A stretch of DNA of 64,000 nucleotides from contig CAVVCZ010000001.1 of the NCBI GenBank assembly GCA_963746845.1, forward strand, positions 1 to 64,000, read 5' to 3'. Below, in pieces: positions 1 through 10,160 of this stretch. The stretch is from an uncultured Chloroflexia bacterium. Its GTDB lineage: Bacteria > Chloroflexota > Limnocylindria > Limnocylindrales > CSP1-4. The notes below the pieces were generated by a model, which saw only the letters and a program-made list of their open reading frames with translations, was not told where the DNA came from and made no database searches. Numbering within the stretch: the stretch's first letter is position 1; the number at the start of each line of letters is the position of its first letter. Both the position numbers and the translations under genes were made by a program.

Positions 1-1
1 G

Positions 2-139
2 GTGAACCTGATCCACGTCCCCGAGGCCGACCGCCCCGCCCAGGAAGCCCTCGACCCGGACTACGACCCGTGGACCGGCTACGAGTGGCCGGACAGGAGC
101 GGCCAGCTGGAGCGGGCGCCCCGCAAGAAGGCGACGTAG
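2..139 (+). CDS. Partial (3' end) gene, probably a LigD-type primase-polymerase (Prim-PolC-like)
   Basis: Frame 2 reads VNLIHVPEADRPAQEALDPDYDPWTGYEWPDRSGQLERAPRKKAT*. This resembles, from recall, the C-terminal tail of stand-alone Prim-PolC/PolD proteins. ligC lies 4.4 kb downstream. Confidence 0.55.
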   Translation: MNLIHVPEADRPAQEALDPDYDPWTGYEWPDRSGQLERAPRKKAT

Positions 140-155
140 CGGAGCCGGCGGGCCG

Positions 156-1922
156 TCACCGTCCGGCCTTCGACCAGCCTCGGGTGATGCTCCGGATCGC
201 AATCGCCGCGCACAGGGTCACGACGACGATCCCCACGATCAGGACGACGAAGAGCGGGATCTGGCGTTCCCCCGCCGAATCCGGGTTCGGAAGTGGAGCG
301 TCGACGGCCGCGCCGACGCTCGCCGAGACCGCCACGGGGGCGCCGAGGGCAAACACGCGCCACGTGTCGCCCTGTGGCGAGCCGGGCTCGTACCCTGAGC
401 TCGACTGGTACGTGCCGACGAGCCGGATCGTCCGGTCGCAGGCCTCGACCGGCGGGCAGTCGTCGAAGGGATGCGCGATCAGGGCGTCGAACCCACCCGG
501 CCCGGCGAACAGCGGCCCGGCGCCGGCGCCGTCGAGGTGGCCGCCGACCCCTGACCCGGTCGACCGGACGCGCACCACGACATACGCCGCCCGAAGGGGA
601 TCCAGGTCTCCTGCTGCGACCGCCGGTCGCGCGGGGACGTGGAGCCGGACCTCGATCGCGCGCGAGGTGTCGGCGGCCAGGGGCATCGGGATGTCGCCGG
701 TGAGGTCCGCGGGCGCGTCTCCGAGCTCGATGGGCTCGCCGTCGAGGGTCAGCCGGACGTCGAGCGGGGCATCGGCGCTGTCCGCCCGGGCCAGTGCCAC
801 GGCTTCGATGGAGGCGTTGACGAGACCGAAGTCCCGGCCGGGCGCCCACGACAGGTTCGAGCCGCCGCTGAACGGAACACCGCGAATCGCGATCCAGTAG
901 CCGGCCCGACACGGCCGGCCCGGCGTGCAGCGCTCGAAGACCGGGGCGTCCACGGTCTGCTCGGGATCGCCCCGGTACGGCAACGCGAGGAGGCCGTCGA
1001 AGGCTGCCGCGCCGCCGTCGTCCGGAAGGATCACCAGCCACGGAACCCACGTCGAGGCGGATCGCCGGATGGCCAGGTGGAGCCACGCGGACTGGGGCGC
1101 CGCCTCCGTGGACACGGTGACGTGGCGCGCGAGCAGCGTCCCGGAGAGCGACGCATCCTCGGCCGCGGTCGACGCGGTTTCCGCCGCATCCAGGCGAACG
1201 GGCGGTTCGGGTTGGATCGTCGCCGCAGCCGTGTACGGCGGCCCCGCACAGCCATGGAAGCCGTAGTCGACCTCCGCCCGGAACGCCCAGGTGGTCGCCG
1301 TCGCGCCCACGAGCGACCCGGGGTCGACGAGGCTCACGACGATCCGCAGGTCGTGCGAGCAGGCTTCGGCGGCGCGACAGTCGAGGACGAGCACGGCCAA
1401 CTCGTCGCGACGAAAGCCGACGCCGCTCGCGATCGGGTCCGGCTGCACGGTCGCCAGCGCACGACTGGTCGGACCATCCAGGAACGTAACCCGGACCGCC
1501 GCATCCGGATCGGGAACGGACGGAACAGGCTGGCCGGGAGTCCGAACCCCCGTCGCGGACCCGGACGGCGACGCTGGGCGGCTCGTCCGCGTCGTCGCGA
1601 GGCTCGGTGACGGGCGGGGCAGGGCGAGGGGTCGAACCACCGAGAAGGTGACGGCACCGGCCCGCAGGTCCTTCGGCAGCGCATCGGCGTTGAACGACAC
1701 GACGACGCGCTGCTCGGCGACCGGGTGCGCGGCGTCGAGCCGGACCGTCACCGCCGGCGCCTCGCCCACGACCGAACGCGGTGGGTTGCACTCCCGCATC
1801 GAGTTCAGGAGCAGGACGACGAAGAGAACGAAGATCGCCCCGATCGCCGCGGCGACCACGAGCCCGATCGCCAGGACCCGGGGCAGGAGGCTCGGGCCTC
1901 GCGGGCCCGGAGCGACGGTCAT
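156..1922 (-). CDS. Hypothetical membrane-anchored extracellular protein
   Basis: 588 aa. Hydrophobic helices at the N- and C-termini, a Pro/Ser linker and three C-x5-C motifs. Confidence 0.75.
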   Translation of the reverse strand: MTVAPGPRGPSLLPRVLAIGLVVAAAIGAIFVLFVVLLLNSMRECNPPRSVVGEAPAVTVRLDAAHPVAEQRVVVSFNADALPKDLRAGAVTFSVVRPLALPRPSPSLATTRTSRPASPSGSATGVRTPGQPVPSVPDPDAAVRVTFLDGPTSRALATVQPDPIASGVGFRRDELAVLVLDCRAAEACSHDLRIVVSLVDPGSLVGATATTWAFRAEVDYGFHGCAGPPYTAAATIQPEPPVRLDAAETASTAAEDASLSGTLLARHVTVSTEAAPQSAWLHLAIRRSASTWVPWLVILPDDGGAAAFDGLLALPYRGDPEQTVDAPVFERCTPGRPCRAGYWIAIRGVPFSGGSNLSWAPGRDFGLVNASIEAVALARADSADAPLDVRLTLDGEPIELGDAPADLTGDIPMPLAADTSRAIEVRLHVPARPAVAAGDLDPLRAAYVVVRVRSTGSGVGGHLDGAGAGPLFAGPGGFDALIAHPFDDCPPVEACDRTIRLVGTYQSSSGYEPGSPQGDTWRVFALGAPVAVSASVGAAVDAPLPNPDSAGERQIPLFVVLIVGIVVVTLCAAIAIRSITRGWSKAGR

Positions 1923-2007
1923 GGCGCGATCCTCGTCGACTGGCAGGCTGGCGACAATCCGCGAATTCGCCGGTCACAGCCGGCGATCGGATGGTTGAAT
2001 CCGCTGG

Positions 2008-3336
2008 ATGCAGCCACCGCAGGACTCCGCCGCGCCGCCGCCGGTTCCCGTGACCCGGTCACTGACTCGCGAGACATTCATCGCCGAGGCCGTTGCCTCC
2101 GGCGAGATCCTCGACCGTCTCGTCGAGGTCAGGGCCATCGAGCCGCTGCCAGATGGCCGGTTCGATGCGCGCGACGAGGCCGTCGCGTCGACCGCGCAGG
2201 CGCTCGTGGACTCCGGAATCCCGCTCGACGCCCTCGCCTGGACCCTGGCCAACCGCCGGTTCGGGTTGCGATCGCTCGGGATGATCTTCTCGGAGCCCGT
2301 GCCGCGCACCTCCGAGACGTTTGCCGAGCTGGCGGAGAAGCTGGGCCCGGACGCCTCCCACCTGGCAGCCGTCTACGCGGCGTTCGGCATCCCCGAGCCG
2401 GACCCCCGGGACCACCCCCGGGTCGACGAAGCCGAGCTGATGCTCGAGTTCGTCCGACTCTGGAGCCTGGTCGACCCCACGGGGCAGGCGCATGTCCGGG
2501 TCGCCCGCCAGATCGGCGAGGGAACGCGCCGGATCGCGGAGTCGTGGCTCGACGTCTGGGACGAGGTTGCCCAGCCCAGCCCGATGACCCAGGGCGCGCC
2601 GACGGTCGGCAGCCGAGCGCATCCGGACGACCCGACCGATCCCGAGCAGAACCCGTCGATCGGGATGGCCGAGCTCGGCCGGCGGCTCGTCTCGCTCGTC
2701 CACGAGCGGCAGGTCGAGACGACGCTCCACGCCCGGATCCTCGCGGCGCTGGAGGGCGTCCTCGTCGAGGCGGGGCGCCTGCCGGCTCGCTCAGATCGGC
2801 CGCCCGCGATCGCGATCGTCGACCTGTCGGGCTACACCTCGCTGACGGTCGAACGCGGCGACGTCGAGGCGGCGGCAACCGCCGACCGCCTCCGCGACCT
2901 CGCCGAGCACTCGGTCGCCGATCGCCGTGGACGTGTCGTCAAGGGCCTCGGCGACGGCGTGCTGCTCCGCTTCGATGACGCCGTGGCGGCGTTGACCGCC
3001 GTCTTCGACCTGTTCGAGCGGGTCGAGGGCGCCGGCCTGCCACCGGCCCATGCCGGGATCGCCGCGGGTCGCGTCGTCGTCCGGGACGGTGACGTCTTCG
3101 GCCAGACGGTCAATCTGGCGTCCCGGATCACCGCCCGGGCGGGGCCCGGCGAGATCGTCGTCGAGGAAGGCGTCGTGATCGCACTGCCGCGAGGCACGGC
3201 GACGTTCGCGGCGATCGGAAGGGTCGACCTCAAGGGCTTCCCGATGCCGGTGGCGCTGTGGCGGGCGACGCCGGCGGTCACCTCCGCGGCTCGCCGTCGA
3301 TCGATCTCGCCGGAGCCCATCAACCCCGAGCGATGA
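2008..3336 (+). CDS. Class III adenylate/guanylate cyclase with N-terminal regulatory domain
   Basis: Motifs IAIVDLSGYTSL, VVKGLGDG and GDVFGQTVNLASRI. The K and D specificity residues point to ATP. Confidence 0.9.
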   Translation: MQPPQDSAAPPPVPVTRSLTRETFIAEAVASGEILDRLVEVRAIEPLPDGRFDARDEAVASTAQALVDSGIPLDALAWTLANRRFGLRSLGMIFSEPVPRTSETFAELAEKLGPDASHLAAVYAAFGIPEPDPRDHPRVDEAELMLEFVRLWSLVDPTGQAHVRVARQIGEGTRRIAESWLDVWDEVAQPSPMTQGAPTVGSRAHPDDPTDPEQNPSIGMAELGRRLVSLVHERQVETTLHARILAALEGVLVEAGRLPARSDRPPAIAIVDLSGYTSLTVERGDVEAAATADRLRDLAEHSVADRRGRVVKGLGDGVLLRFDDAVAALTAVFDLFERVEGAGLPPAHAGIAAGRVVVRDGDVFGQTVNLASRITARAGPGEIVVEEGVVIALPRGTATFAAIGRVDLKGFPMPVALWRATPAVTSAARRRSISPEPINPER

Positions 3337-4532
3337 GCCGCCGTCGAGGGTGGGCCGTGGCGGTCGGGGCACTCGTGCTCGTGGCCTGCGCGTGCTCGTC
3401 GACGCCCACGCCCGCTCCCGTGCCATCTGCGGTCCAGCTCCACGTCGCGGCGCGGGGCTTGCCACGCGCGATCGTCACCGACTCGTTCTTCCTGCGCGCC
3501 GATGGCCCCGATGGGCCCGAGCTCCGCGACGATCTCGGGCATCGGCTCGTGCTCGACCCTGGCCGGTTCGCGGTCCCGCTCGGCGATCCGCAGCCGGGTC
3601 CCGGCGGCTCGTGGGTCCGGGCATGGATCGCGCCGAGCCTGACCGTGTGGCCGGGCGACTTCACCGCGTGGATCCAGCTCTCGAACCGCGGCCTGCCGAC
3701 GGTCCAGCTGGTCGACGCTCCGGCCTGCCCCACCGAGGCGACGATCCGGTCGCTGGCGCCGCTGACCCCGCCCGACCGGCTGGCGTGCGCGGGCTCGACG
3801 CGACTCACGTTCGAAGCGCGGACCTGGCTGCCGGGCACCGTCGCGACCTACGACGTCGACCCGGCGTGGTACGGGACGAACCTTGACGCGGCCGGCACGA
3901 CGTCGCTGTTCGATCCGGGCCCGATCGGGTTCGGTCCCGGCGCAACCGTGACGCCCGATCAGGCCGGCAGCTGGATCGATGCGCGGCTCCCGCCGGACGT
4001 CCCGCGGCTCCCGGTCGGCGTCCTTCTCCGCGTCACCGGCCAGTTCGACGACCCGACGGCCGCGACCTGCCATCGGACGCTGCCTAACGGGTTCGCGAGC
4101 ATGGGCCTCCCGGTCGAGGCGGCCGAGGACAGCGTGAGCTGGTGCCGCCGGCAGTTCGTCGTCGACGAGTGGCAGCCGGTCCTCGGGTCGGAGGGCCGGC
4201 CGTTCGACCCTGCGGACCCGCAGCTCCATCGGAACGAGTTCGTCCCGCCACCAGGCGCCGCGATGGCCTGCGGCGGCGTCGGGATGCCGCCGCTCACCAT
4301 CCGCATCGATCCCACGCAGGTCGAGCCGGTCTGGATCGAACTGCCCACCGGCCGCCGGAGCGTCGCCCGGTTCTCGTCCGCCTTCCGCCTGCTGCCGAAC
4401 CCGACCCGCGTCCAGGCGACCGATGGAGCGACGCTCGTCGACCGCGAGGTGCTCGATCCGGACCGCGGCAAGCCGGGGATCGTGATCTGCCCCGAGGGCG
4501 ACGTGGTCGAGTTCGATCTGCCGACGCCCTGA
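3333..4532 (+). CDS. Hypothetical lipoprotein
   Basis: ATGA overlap with the cyclase stop. Signal peptide MSRRRGWAVAVGALVLVAC and paired cysteines. Confidence 0.75.
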   Translation: MSRRRGWAVAVGALVLVACACSSTPTPAPVPSAVQLHVAARGLPRAIVTDSFFLRADGPDGPELRDDLGHRLVLDPGRFAVPLGDPQPGPGGSWVRAWIAPSLTVWPGDFTAWIQLSNRGLPTVQLVDAPACPTEATIRSLAPLTPPDRLACAGSTRLTFEARTWLPGTVATYDVDPAWYGTNLDAAGTTSLFDPGPIGFGPGATVTPDQAGSWIDARLPPDVPRLPVGVLLRVTGQFDDPTAATCHRTLPNGFASMGLPVEAAEDSVSWCRRQFVVDEWQPVLGSEGRPFDPADPQLHRNEFVPPPGAAMACGGVGMPPLTIRIDPTQVEPVWIELPTGRRSVARFSSAFRLLPNPTRVQATDGATLVDREVLDPDRGKPGIVICPEGDVVEFDLPTP

Positions 4533-4535
4533 TCG

Positions 4536-5624
4536 TCAGCCGCCGAAGATCTTCGCAATCTCGTACGCAGGCGTCTCTTCGAGCTGGTCGTAGCGGCAGC
4601 CTTCCGGCGGCTTGTCCGGCCGCCAGCGCTGGAACGTCGTCGCGTGTCGGAAGCGGTCGCCCTGGAGGTGGTCGTAGGCGACCTCGGCCACCCGTTCCGC
4701 ACGGAGGGGCTCCCACGAGAGGTCCTTGCCCCGGTTCCAGCGGCTCGTGGCGCCGGGAAGGCGCTGGCCGGACGCGTCGGCGCTGCCCTGCGACGCCCAC
4801 TCCGCCCATTCGGCCCAGGGATGACCGTCCATCGCGTCCGTGCGGAGGGGCTCGAGCTCCTTGGCCAGCGCCTCGCGCCGATCCCACGTGAACGACGAGG
4901 TGATCCCGACGTGGTGGAGCTTGCCCGTGTCGTCGAACAGCCCGAGCAGCAGCGACCCGATGTGCGTCCCGGGGCCGTTCTTGTGCCAGCGGAACCCGGC
5001 GACGACGCAATCCGCGGTGCGCTGGTGCTTGATCTTCAGCATCGCCCGCTTGCCGGGCTGGTACGGCGCGTCCAGCCGCTTCGCCACGACGCCGTCGAGA
5101 CCGGCGCCCTCGAACCGGTCGAACCAGTCGGCGGCCAGAGCGCGATCGCGCGTGGCCGGCGTCAGGTGGATGGGCGGCGCGACGTCCGCGAACGCCGCCT
5201 CCAGGCGCGCGCGTCGCTCGGCCTGCGGGGTCGACCGGAGGTCCTCGTCGCCCAGCGCGAGCAGGTCCCAGCCGACGAAGCTTGCCGGCGTCTCGGCCGC
5301 GAGCATGTTCACCCGGGAGGCCGCCGGGTGGATTCGGAGCAGGAGGGATTCGAACTGGAGCTCCCCGTCCTGGGCGATGACGACCTCCCCGTCGACGACG
5401 CAGCGATCCGGAAACGACGCCCGGATCGGGGCGGCGAGCTCGGGGAAGTAGCGGTCGAGCGGCTTCAGGTCGCGGCTCTGGATCAGGACCTCGTCGCCGT
5501 CGCGGAAGACCATCGCCCGGAAGCCGTCCCACTTCGGCTCGTACAGCCAGCCATCGCCGTCCGGGAGCCCGTCGGAGGCCTTCGCCAGCATGGGCTCGAG
5601 CGGCGACTCGAACGGGAGGTGCAT
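4536..5624 (-). CDS. ligC: ATP-dependent DNA ligase, LigC type
   Basis: Adenylation motif YEPKWDGFR, plus VDGEVV, GLDGVVAK, MLKIKHQRTADCVV and GDRFRH. Confidence 0.93.
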   Translation of the reverse strand: MHLPFESPLEPMLAKASDGLPDGDGWLYEPKWDGFRAMVFRDGDEVLIQSRDLKPLDRYFPELAAPIRASFPDRCVVDGEVVIAQDGELQFESLLLRIHPAASRVNMLAAETPASFVGWDLLALGDEDLRSTPQAERRARLEAAFADVAPPIHLTPATRDRALAADWFDRFEGAGLDGVVAKRLDAPYQPGKRAMLKIKHQRTADCVVAGFRWHKNGPGTHIGSLLLGLFDDTGKLHHVGITSSFTWDRREALAKELEPLRTDAMDGHPWAEWAEWASQGSADASGQRLPGATSRWNRGKDLSWEPLRAERVAEVAYDHLQGDRFRHATTFQRWRPDKPPEGCRYDQLEETPAYEIAKIFGG

Positions 5625-5640
5625 CGCCCGAGTGTAGGGG

Positions 5641-7173
5641 TCACGCTCCGGGCAGGTCTGTCAGGGCCTCTCGGGCCCGCTCCCGGCCGAGGTTCCACGC
5701 CGGCCAGCCGGTCGCCGCCGACTCGGAAAGCGCCTCCTTCCGATCCAGAAGCATGAGGAAGAGCGTCGTCCGGTCGTTGGCGTTGAGCGCGGGCAGGGCG
5801 GAGACGAGCGACGGCACCGCGTCGTCGCCGAGGACGCGGACGTAGTCGACGTCGAGACCAGTCCGGCCGTCCGCGGGGACGCGGGAGGGATCGAGAAGCC
5901 GGCCGACGTTCTCGGTCGCGATCAGCCGCGATGGGCCGACGACATTGATCCCGACGAGCACCACGACCGCGGCGATCGCGAGTCCGTGGAGCAGCCACGC
6001 CATCCGGTCGCGAACGAGCAGCGCGGCGGCGATCGCGATCCCGACTGCGAGCCAAACGATCGTCGCGAGAACGTAGAAGCGCAACTCCGTCCACCCATAG
6101 GCGTCCTGGTAGATCCGGAGGCGCAACAGCGCAGACGCGAGGACGACGGTGGTCAGGCCGCACAGGACGATGCCCGCCCCGAGGAGCGCGCCGGTCCGGC
6201 GGGTGGCGATCACGCAGATGGTCGCGAGCAGACCGCCCGCCAGCACGGCAACGGCGACGAGCTCGAAGAACCCGCTCCGCGCGTACTGCGCATAGGGCAG
6301 ACCCGTTGCGGCGAGCGTGTCGAGCCCACCGAAGAGGTAGGCGAGCTGGAGCACGACGAACACGGCGAACAGGACGTCGACGGCGACGAGCACGGTCACC
6401 GCCTCGATCCAGCCGAGCCTGGGCACGAGGCCCCTGCGAAGCGGGTCGACCGCGGCGGCCGCGCCGAGGGACTGCGGGTGCGGGGCGGGTGGCTCGTCCC
6501 ACCACGGCCGGAGGTCGCCGCCCGCCACAGCCAGGAGCCCGGCGACAACCCACGCGATCAGGAAGGCGGCGGCAAGGCGGATCGGCAACTCGCCGACATC
6601 CAGGCGCCAGTCGAACAGTCGGGCGGTCAGGCTCGCGAAGACGGCATCGGCCGAGGCGAAGAGCAAGGTGAAGACGACGAGGATCGGCAGTGCGATCAGG
6701 AGGCCGCGGGCGAGTGGGGCCGTCCAGCCAGGGAGCCGCCGGGCGAGCGGCTCGTCGCCGGCCGGTCGCCGCGCGGCGGACGTGACGCGCAGAGCACCCA
6801 TCGACACCCAGCCCAGCACCGCCAGGCCGAGCGTCACGACGCCGGTCACCGACCGGCGCGTGACCGCCAGGCCACCGATCGCCGCAATCGACGCGCCGAG
6901 GAGCAGGCAGCCCGCCGCGCTGTCGACCAGGACGAGGAACGGATCGGCGCGGACGGCGACGCCGCCGACGACCGCGATCGCCGCCACCGGCAGCCACGCG
7001 TCGGCGAGGTCGAGACGCGTCCCGCTCGGGCGAACCGCAACGGCCCCGAGGAGGAGGGCGATCGACAGGAAGAGCAGGTTCACACCGAGCAGGTGACCGA
7101 CGAGCAGCGCCTGCCCGACGAGGCCGATCGAGATGGCGAGGGCGAAGATCCGGATCGCGCGAGAACGGGCCAT
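5641..7173 (-). CDS. DUF4173/DUF4153-like integral membrane protein
   Basis: Multiple TM helices with motifs YAQYARSGFFEL and RLRIYQDAYGWTELR. Start set at ATG 7173 (MARSRAIR). Confidence 0.8.
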   Translation of the reverse strand: MARSRAIRIFALAISIGLVGQALLVGHLLGVNLLFLSIALLLGAVAVRPSGTRLDLADAWLPVAAIAVVGGVAVRADPFLVLVDSAAGCLLLGASIAAIGGLAVTRRSVTGVVTLGLAVLGWVSMGALRVTSAARRPAGDEPLARRLPGWTAPLARGLLIALPILVVFTLLFASADAVFASLTARLFDWRLDVGELPIRLAAAFLIAWVVAGLLAVAGGDLRPWWDEPPAPHPQSLGAAAAVDPLRRGLVPRLGWIEAVTVLVAVDVLFAVFVVLQLAYLFGGLDTLAATGLPYAQYARSGFFELVAVAVLAGGLLATICVIATRRTGALLGAGIVLCGLTTVVLASALLRLRIYQDAYGWTELRFYVLATIVWLAVGIAIAAALLVRDRMAWLLHGLAIAAVVVLVGINVVGPSRLIATENVGRLLDPSRVPADGRTGLDVDYVRVLGDDAVPSLVSALPALNANDRTTLFLMLLDRKEALSESAATGWPAWNLGRERAREALTDLPGA

Positions 7174-7261
7174 GTGTCCCTCCCTGGGGCGCGCGGGCGT
7201 GGCGTCGCGGCGTCGGGTGTTCGTCCGGAGACGCCTCGCGAATGGGCGATGTGGCGCGGAT

Positions 7262-7287
7262 GGAACCCGTGGCCGGTCCCTCGCGTC
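7262..7287 (+). promoter_or_regulatory. Putative ECF-sigma promoter GGAACC-N16-CGTC
   Basis: GGAACC at 7262-7267 and CGTC at 7284-7287, upstream of the DUF4349 lipoprotein gene. Confidence 0.45.
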
Positions 7288-7338
7288 CGGGACCTGCGCC
7301 GTCGGGTTGCCCCCGGCGGGCACATGGAGGACCGCGCG

Positions 7339-8319
7339 ATGCGCAGCCCCACTCGCGGCCGTCGACCGGGCCGGTCGATCGCCGCCCTGATCGTCCTCAC
7401 GACCCTTGCCGCGGTGGCGGCCGCCTGCGGCTCCTCGGCCTCGGCACCGATCGGCGGCGCCGCCGCGGCGGCCTCGGCGGCCCCGGCGGCCCCCGATGCC
7501 CGCGGCAACGGGTCCGCGACCGGTGGCGATCCGGCCGCCACTGCCGGCTCCGGATCGGGGACCGGCGCCGACGGCGACCAGATCGCCCTCATCGACGACG
7601 CGAAGATCGTCCGCACAGGGACCCTCCAGCTGACGGTGGCGGACACGGCGAAAGCGCTCACGGGCGCCCGGGACGCGATCCGCGGGATCGGTGGCTACAT
7701 CGGGGCCTCGCAGCAGGAGCGCAACGGCGATGAGATCGTGGCATCGGTGACCTACCGCATCCCCGTTTCGCGCTGGGAGGATGCGCTCACGGCCCTGCGG
7801 GCCCTCGGGACCGAGGTCGGAGAGAAGACGGACTCCGTCGAGGTCACCGGCGACCTCGTCGATCTCGACGCCCGGATCCGGAACCTGAAGGCGAGCGAGG
7901 CGGCGCTCGTCGGGTATGCCGCGGCTGCCCCGAAGGTGAGCGACCTGCTCGAGATCCAGGCGCGCCTCACCGACACCCGGAGCCAGATCGAGCGGCTGTC
8001 CGCCCAGCAGGCCCAGCTCCAGGACCAGGCGGCCTACGCCACGCTCACGGTCACCTACGGGACCGAGGTCGTGGCCGTGACCCAGGCGGCCGCGCGCTGG
8101 GACCCGGCGGCCGAGGTCGATCGCGCGTCGGCGACCCTGATCGCGATGGGCCAGGCGGTCCTGAGCTTCGCCATCGTGTTCGCGATCGTCTGGGTGCCGT
8201 TGCTCGGGGCGATCGGCATCGTTACCGTCGTCGTGCTCACGGTCGCCCGCCGCCTCGGGTGGCGCCGGCCGGACCGGATGCCGCCCCTGTCACCACCGCC
8301 GTCCTCCGCCGAGGCCTGA
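7339..8319 (+). CDS. DUF4349 domain lipoprotein
   Basis: GGAGG RBS and lipobox AAAC. Motifs KIVRTGTLQL and DLVDLDARIRNL, a coiled coil and a C-terminal TM. Confidence 0.85.
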   Translation: MRSPTRGRRPGRSIAALIVLTTLAAVAAACGSSASAPIGGAAAAASAAPAAPDARGNGSATGGDPAATAGSGSGTGADGDQIALIDDAKIVRTGTLQLTVADTAKALTGARDAIRGIGGYIGASQQERNGDEIVASVTYRIPVSRWEDALTALRALGTEVGEKTDSVEVTGDLVDLDARIRNLKASEAALVGYAAAAPKVSDLLEIQARLTDTRSQIERLSAQQAQLQDQAAYATLTVTYGTEVVAVTQAAARWDPAAEVDRASATLIAMGQAVLSFAIVFAIVWVPLLGAIGIVTVVVLTVARRLGWRRPDRMPPLSPPPSSAEA

Positions 8320-8447
8320 CCAGAGGAGGGTCCGGCACCGGCCGGACGGACGGCACGGCGGGCCGGGCGTGGGTTCCTCCCCCGCCCGGCCCGCAGCCCC
8401 TCCCGCTCGGCGCCCTTGACCCGGCCCGGCGTGGCACGATCTCGCGG

Positions 8448-9266
8448 ATGACCGAGCAGGCCGAGCGCTACGACCGGATCGCCGACGGCTACGCCCGCTG
8501 GTGGGGTCCGATCATCGCCCCGGCCGCCGTCTCGGTCCTCGACGAGGTCGACGATGCGATCGCGGCCGGCGCGACCCACCTGCTGGACGTGGGCACCGGC
8601 ACCGGCACCCTGGCGATCGCGGCGATCCGACGCTGGCCGGCGGTCCGGGTCACCGCGATCGACGCGTCGTCCGGGATGATCGCCAGGGCGTCGGCGGTCG
8701 CCGACGCCGAGCTGTCAGCGACCGAGCGGGGTCGCCTCAGCCTCCGGGTTGCCTTCGCCGACGATGTCGGCCTCCCCGCCGGCTCGATCGACGTCGCGGT
8801 CTCGTCGTTCGTGCTCCAGCTCGTCCCGAACCGATTCCGCGCGCTGCGCGAGACTCGCCGCGTCCTCGGCCATGGCGGCGTGTTCGCCTGGATCAGCTGG
8901 CTGGCGGACTCGGGCGCGTGGCGCCCCGACGACGACTTCGACGATGCGCTCCTCGACGTCGGGGAGGAGGCGCGCGACTGGGACGACGGGGGCGACGACC
9001 TCCGGAGCGTGGACGACGCGGTCGCCCAGATGCGGCGCGCGGGCTACGCCGAGGTGCGCGGTCGCGAGGGCGACCTCGTCCACCCGTTCGACGTCGACGG
9101 TGCGGTCGGCTTCCTCACCGAGTTCGACGAGGACGACCTCGTCACGAGCCTCGGCGAACGGCGGCCGGCGTTCGAGGCGGCCCTCCGCCGACGGCTCGCG
9201 CGGCGCCCGGCCGCGGAGCTCGCGCTCGGGAACCGCACCGTGACGGTCCGCGGCATTCGTCGCTGA
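8448..9266 (+). CDS. Class I SAM-dependent methyltransferase
   Basis: LLDVGTGTG, IDASSGMI and DVAVSSFVLQLV motifs. Confidence 0.88.
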   Translation: MTEQAERYDRIADGYARWWGPIIAPAAVSVLDEVDDAIAAGATHLLDVGTGTGTLAIAAIRRWPAVRVTAIDASSGMIARASAVADAELSATERGRLSLRVAFADDVGLPAGSIDVAVSSFVLQLVPNRFRALRETRRVLGHGGVFAWISWLADSGAWRPDDDFDDALLDVGEEARDWDDGGDDLRSVDDAVAQMRRAGYAEVRGREGDLVHPFDVDGAVGFLTEFDEDDLVTSLGERRPAFEAALRRRLARRPAAELALGNRTVTVRGIRR

Positions 9267-9290
9267 GCCCGGACGCAGCCGGGCTCGGGA

Positions 9291-9992
9291 TCAACCCTCC
9301 GAGGCGTCCTCGGAGTCGCTCCCGCCCGACGCCCCGGCCTCGCCGCTCGGCGTCTCGCCCTCGGCACCGGCCTCCTCGCCCTCGGCGACCTCGGCGACAA
9401 CGGGCTCCGGCTCGAGCTCGACGCGCGGCGCCTGGACCTTCGCGACGATCTCCTCGGGGTCGTTGAGGAGGGTGACGTCCTCGGGGATCGTCAGGTCGCT
9501 GACCTTGATCACCGCGTCGAAGTCGACGAGCGACTCGATCGAGTATTCGATCGACTGGGGCAGATGGTCCGGCAGCGCCCGGATGCGGACGTTCTCGATC
9601 GGGTGGAGCAGCGTGCCGCCCTCGTTCTCGATCGCGAGCGACGTGCCGATCGCGACGAGCGGGACGTCGACCGTCAGCTCCTCGGTCATCCGGACGAGGA
9701 ACAGATCGATATGGAGCGGCCGGCGGTTGACCGGGTGGACCTGCACGCCGTGGATGAGGACCGGGCGGGCCTTCTCGCCATGGACCGACAGGTCGATCAG
9801 GGCGTTCTGCCCGACGTGGCGGCGGAGGAGGTCGAACTCGTGCGCGTCGACCGACACGCTCTCCGAGTCGATCCCGTGGCCGAAGACCACAGCCGGGAGC
9901 AGGCCCTCGCGGCGGATCGCGGCAACCTTCTTGCCGACGACCTCGCGCGGCTCGGCGGCGAGGGTCGGGCGGGCGGACGTGGCGGTGGACAT
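9291..9992 (-). CDS. rplY: 50S ribosomal protein L25/Ctc
   Basis: IRREGLLPAVVFG and VQVHPVNRRPLHIDL motifs, with an acidic C-terminal tail. Start ATG 9992. Confidence 0.93.
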   Translation of the reverse strand: MSTATSARPTLAAEPREVVGKKVAAIRREGLLPAVVFGHGIDSESVSVDAHEFDLLRRHVGQNALIDLSVHGEKARPVLIHGVQVHPVNRRPLHIDLFLVRMTEELTVDVPLVAIGTSLAIENEGGTLLHPIENVRIRALPDHLPQSIEYSIESLVDFDAVIKVSDLTIPEDVTLLNDPEEIVAKVQAPRVELEPEPVVAEVAEGEEAGAEGETPSGEAGASGGSDSEDASEG

Positions 9993-10160
9993 CGGCGGCG
10001 GGACCTCGGGCTGGTGACTCGTCTGGTTCGTCTCGGCTCGGGCGCGGCTCGCCGACGGAAGCTGTCGGGGCGCCCGGAACCGCGACACCTTATCACGGCT
10101 CGGTCGACGGCCACGGCAGACCGACCCCCCGTCCGCGTGCTCGGTGTACAGTCGGCCCTC

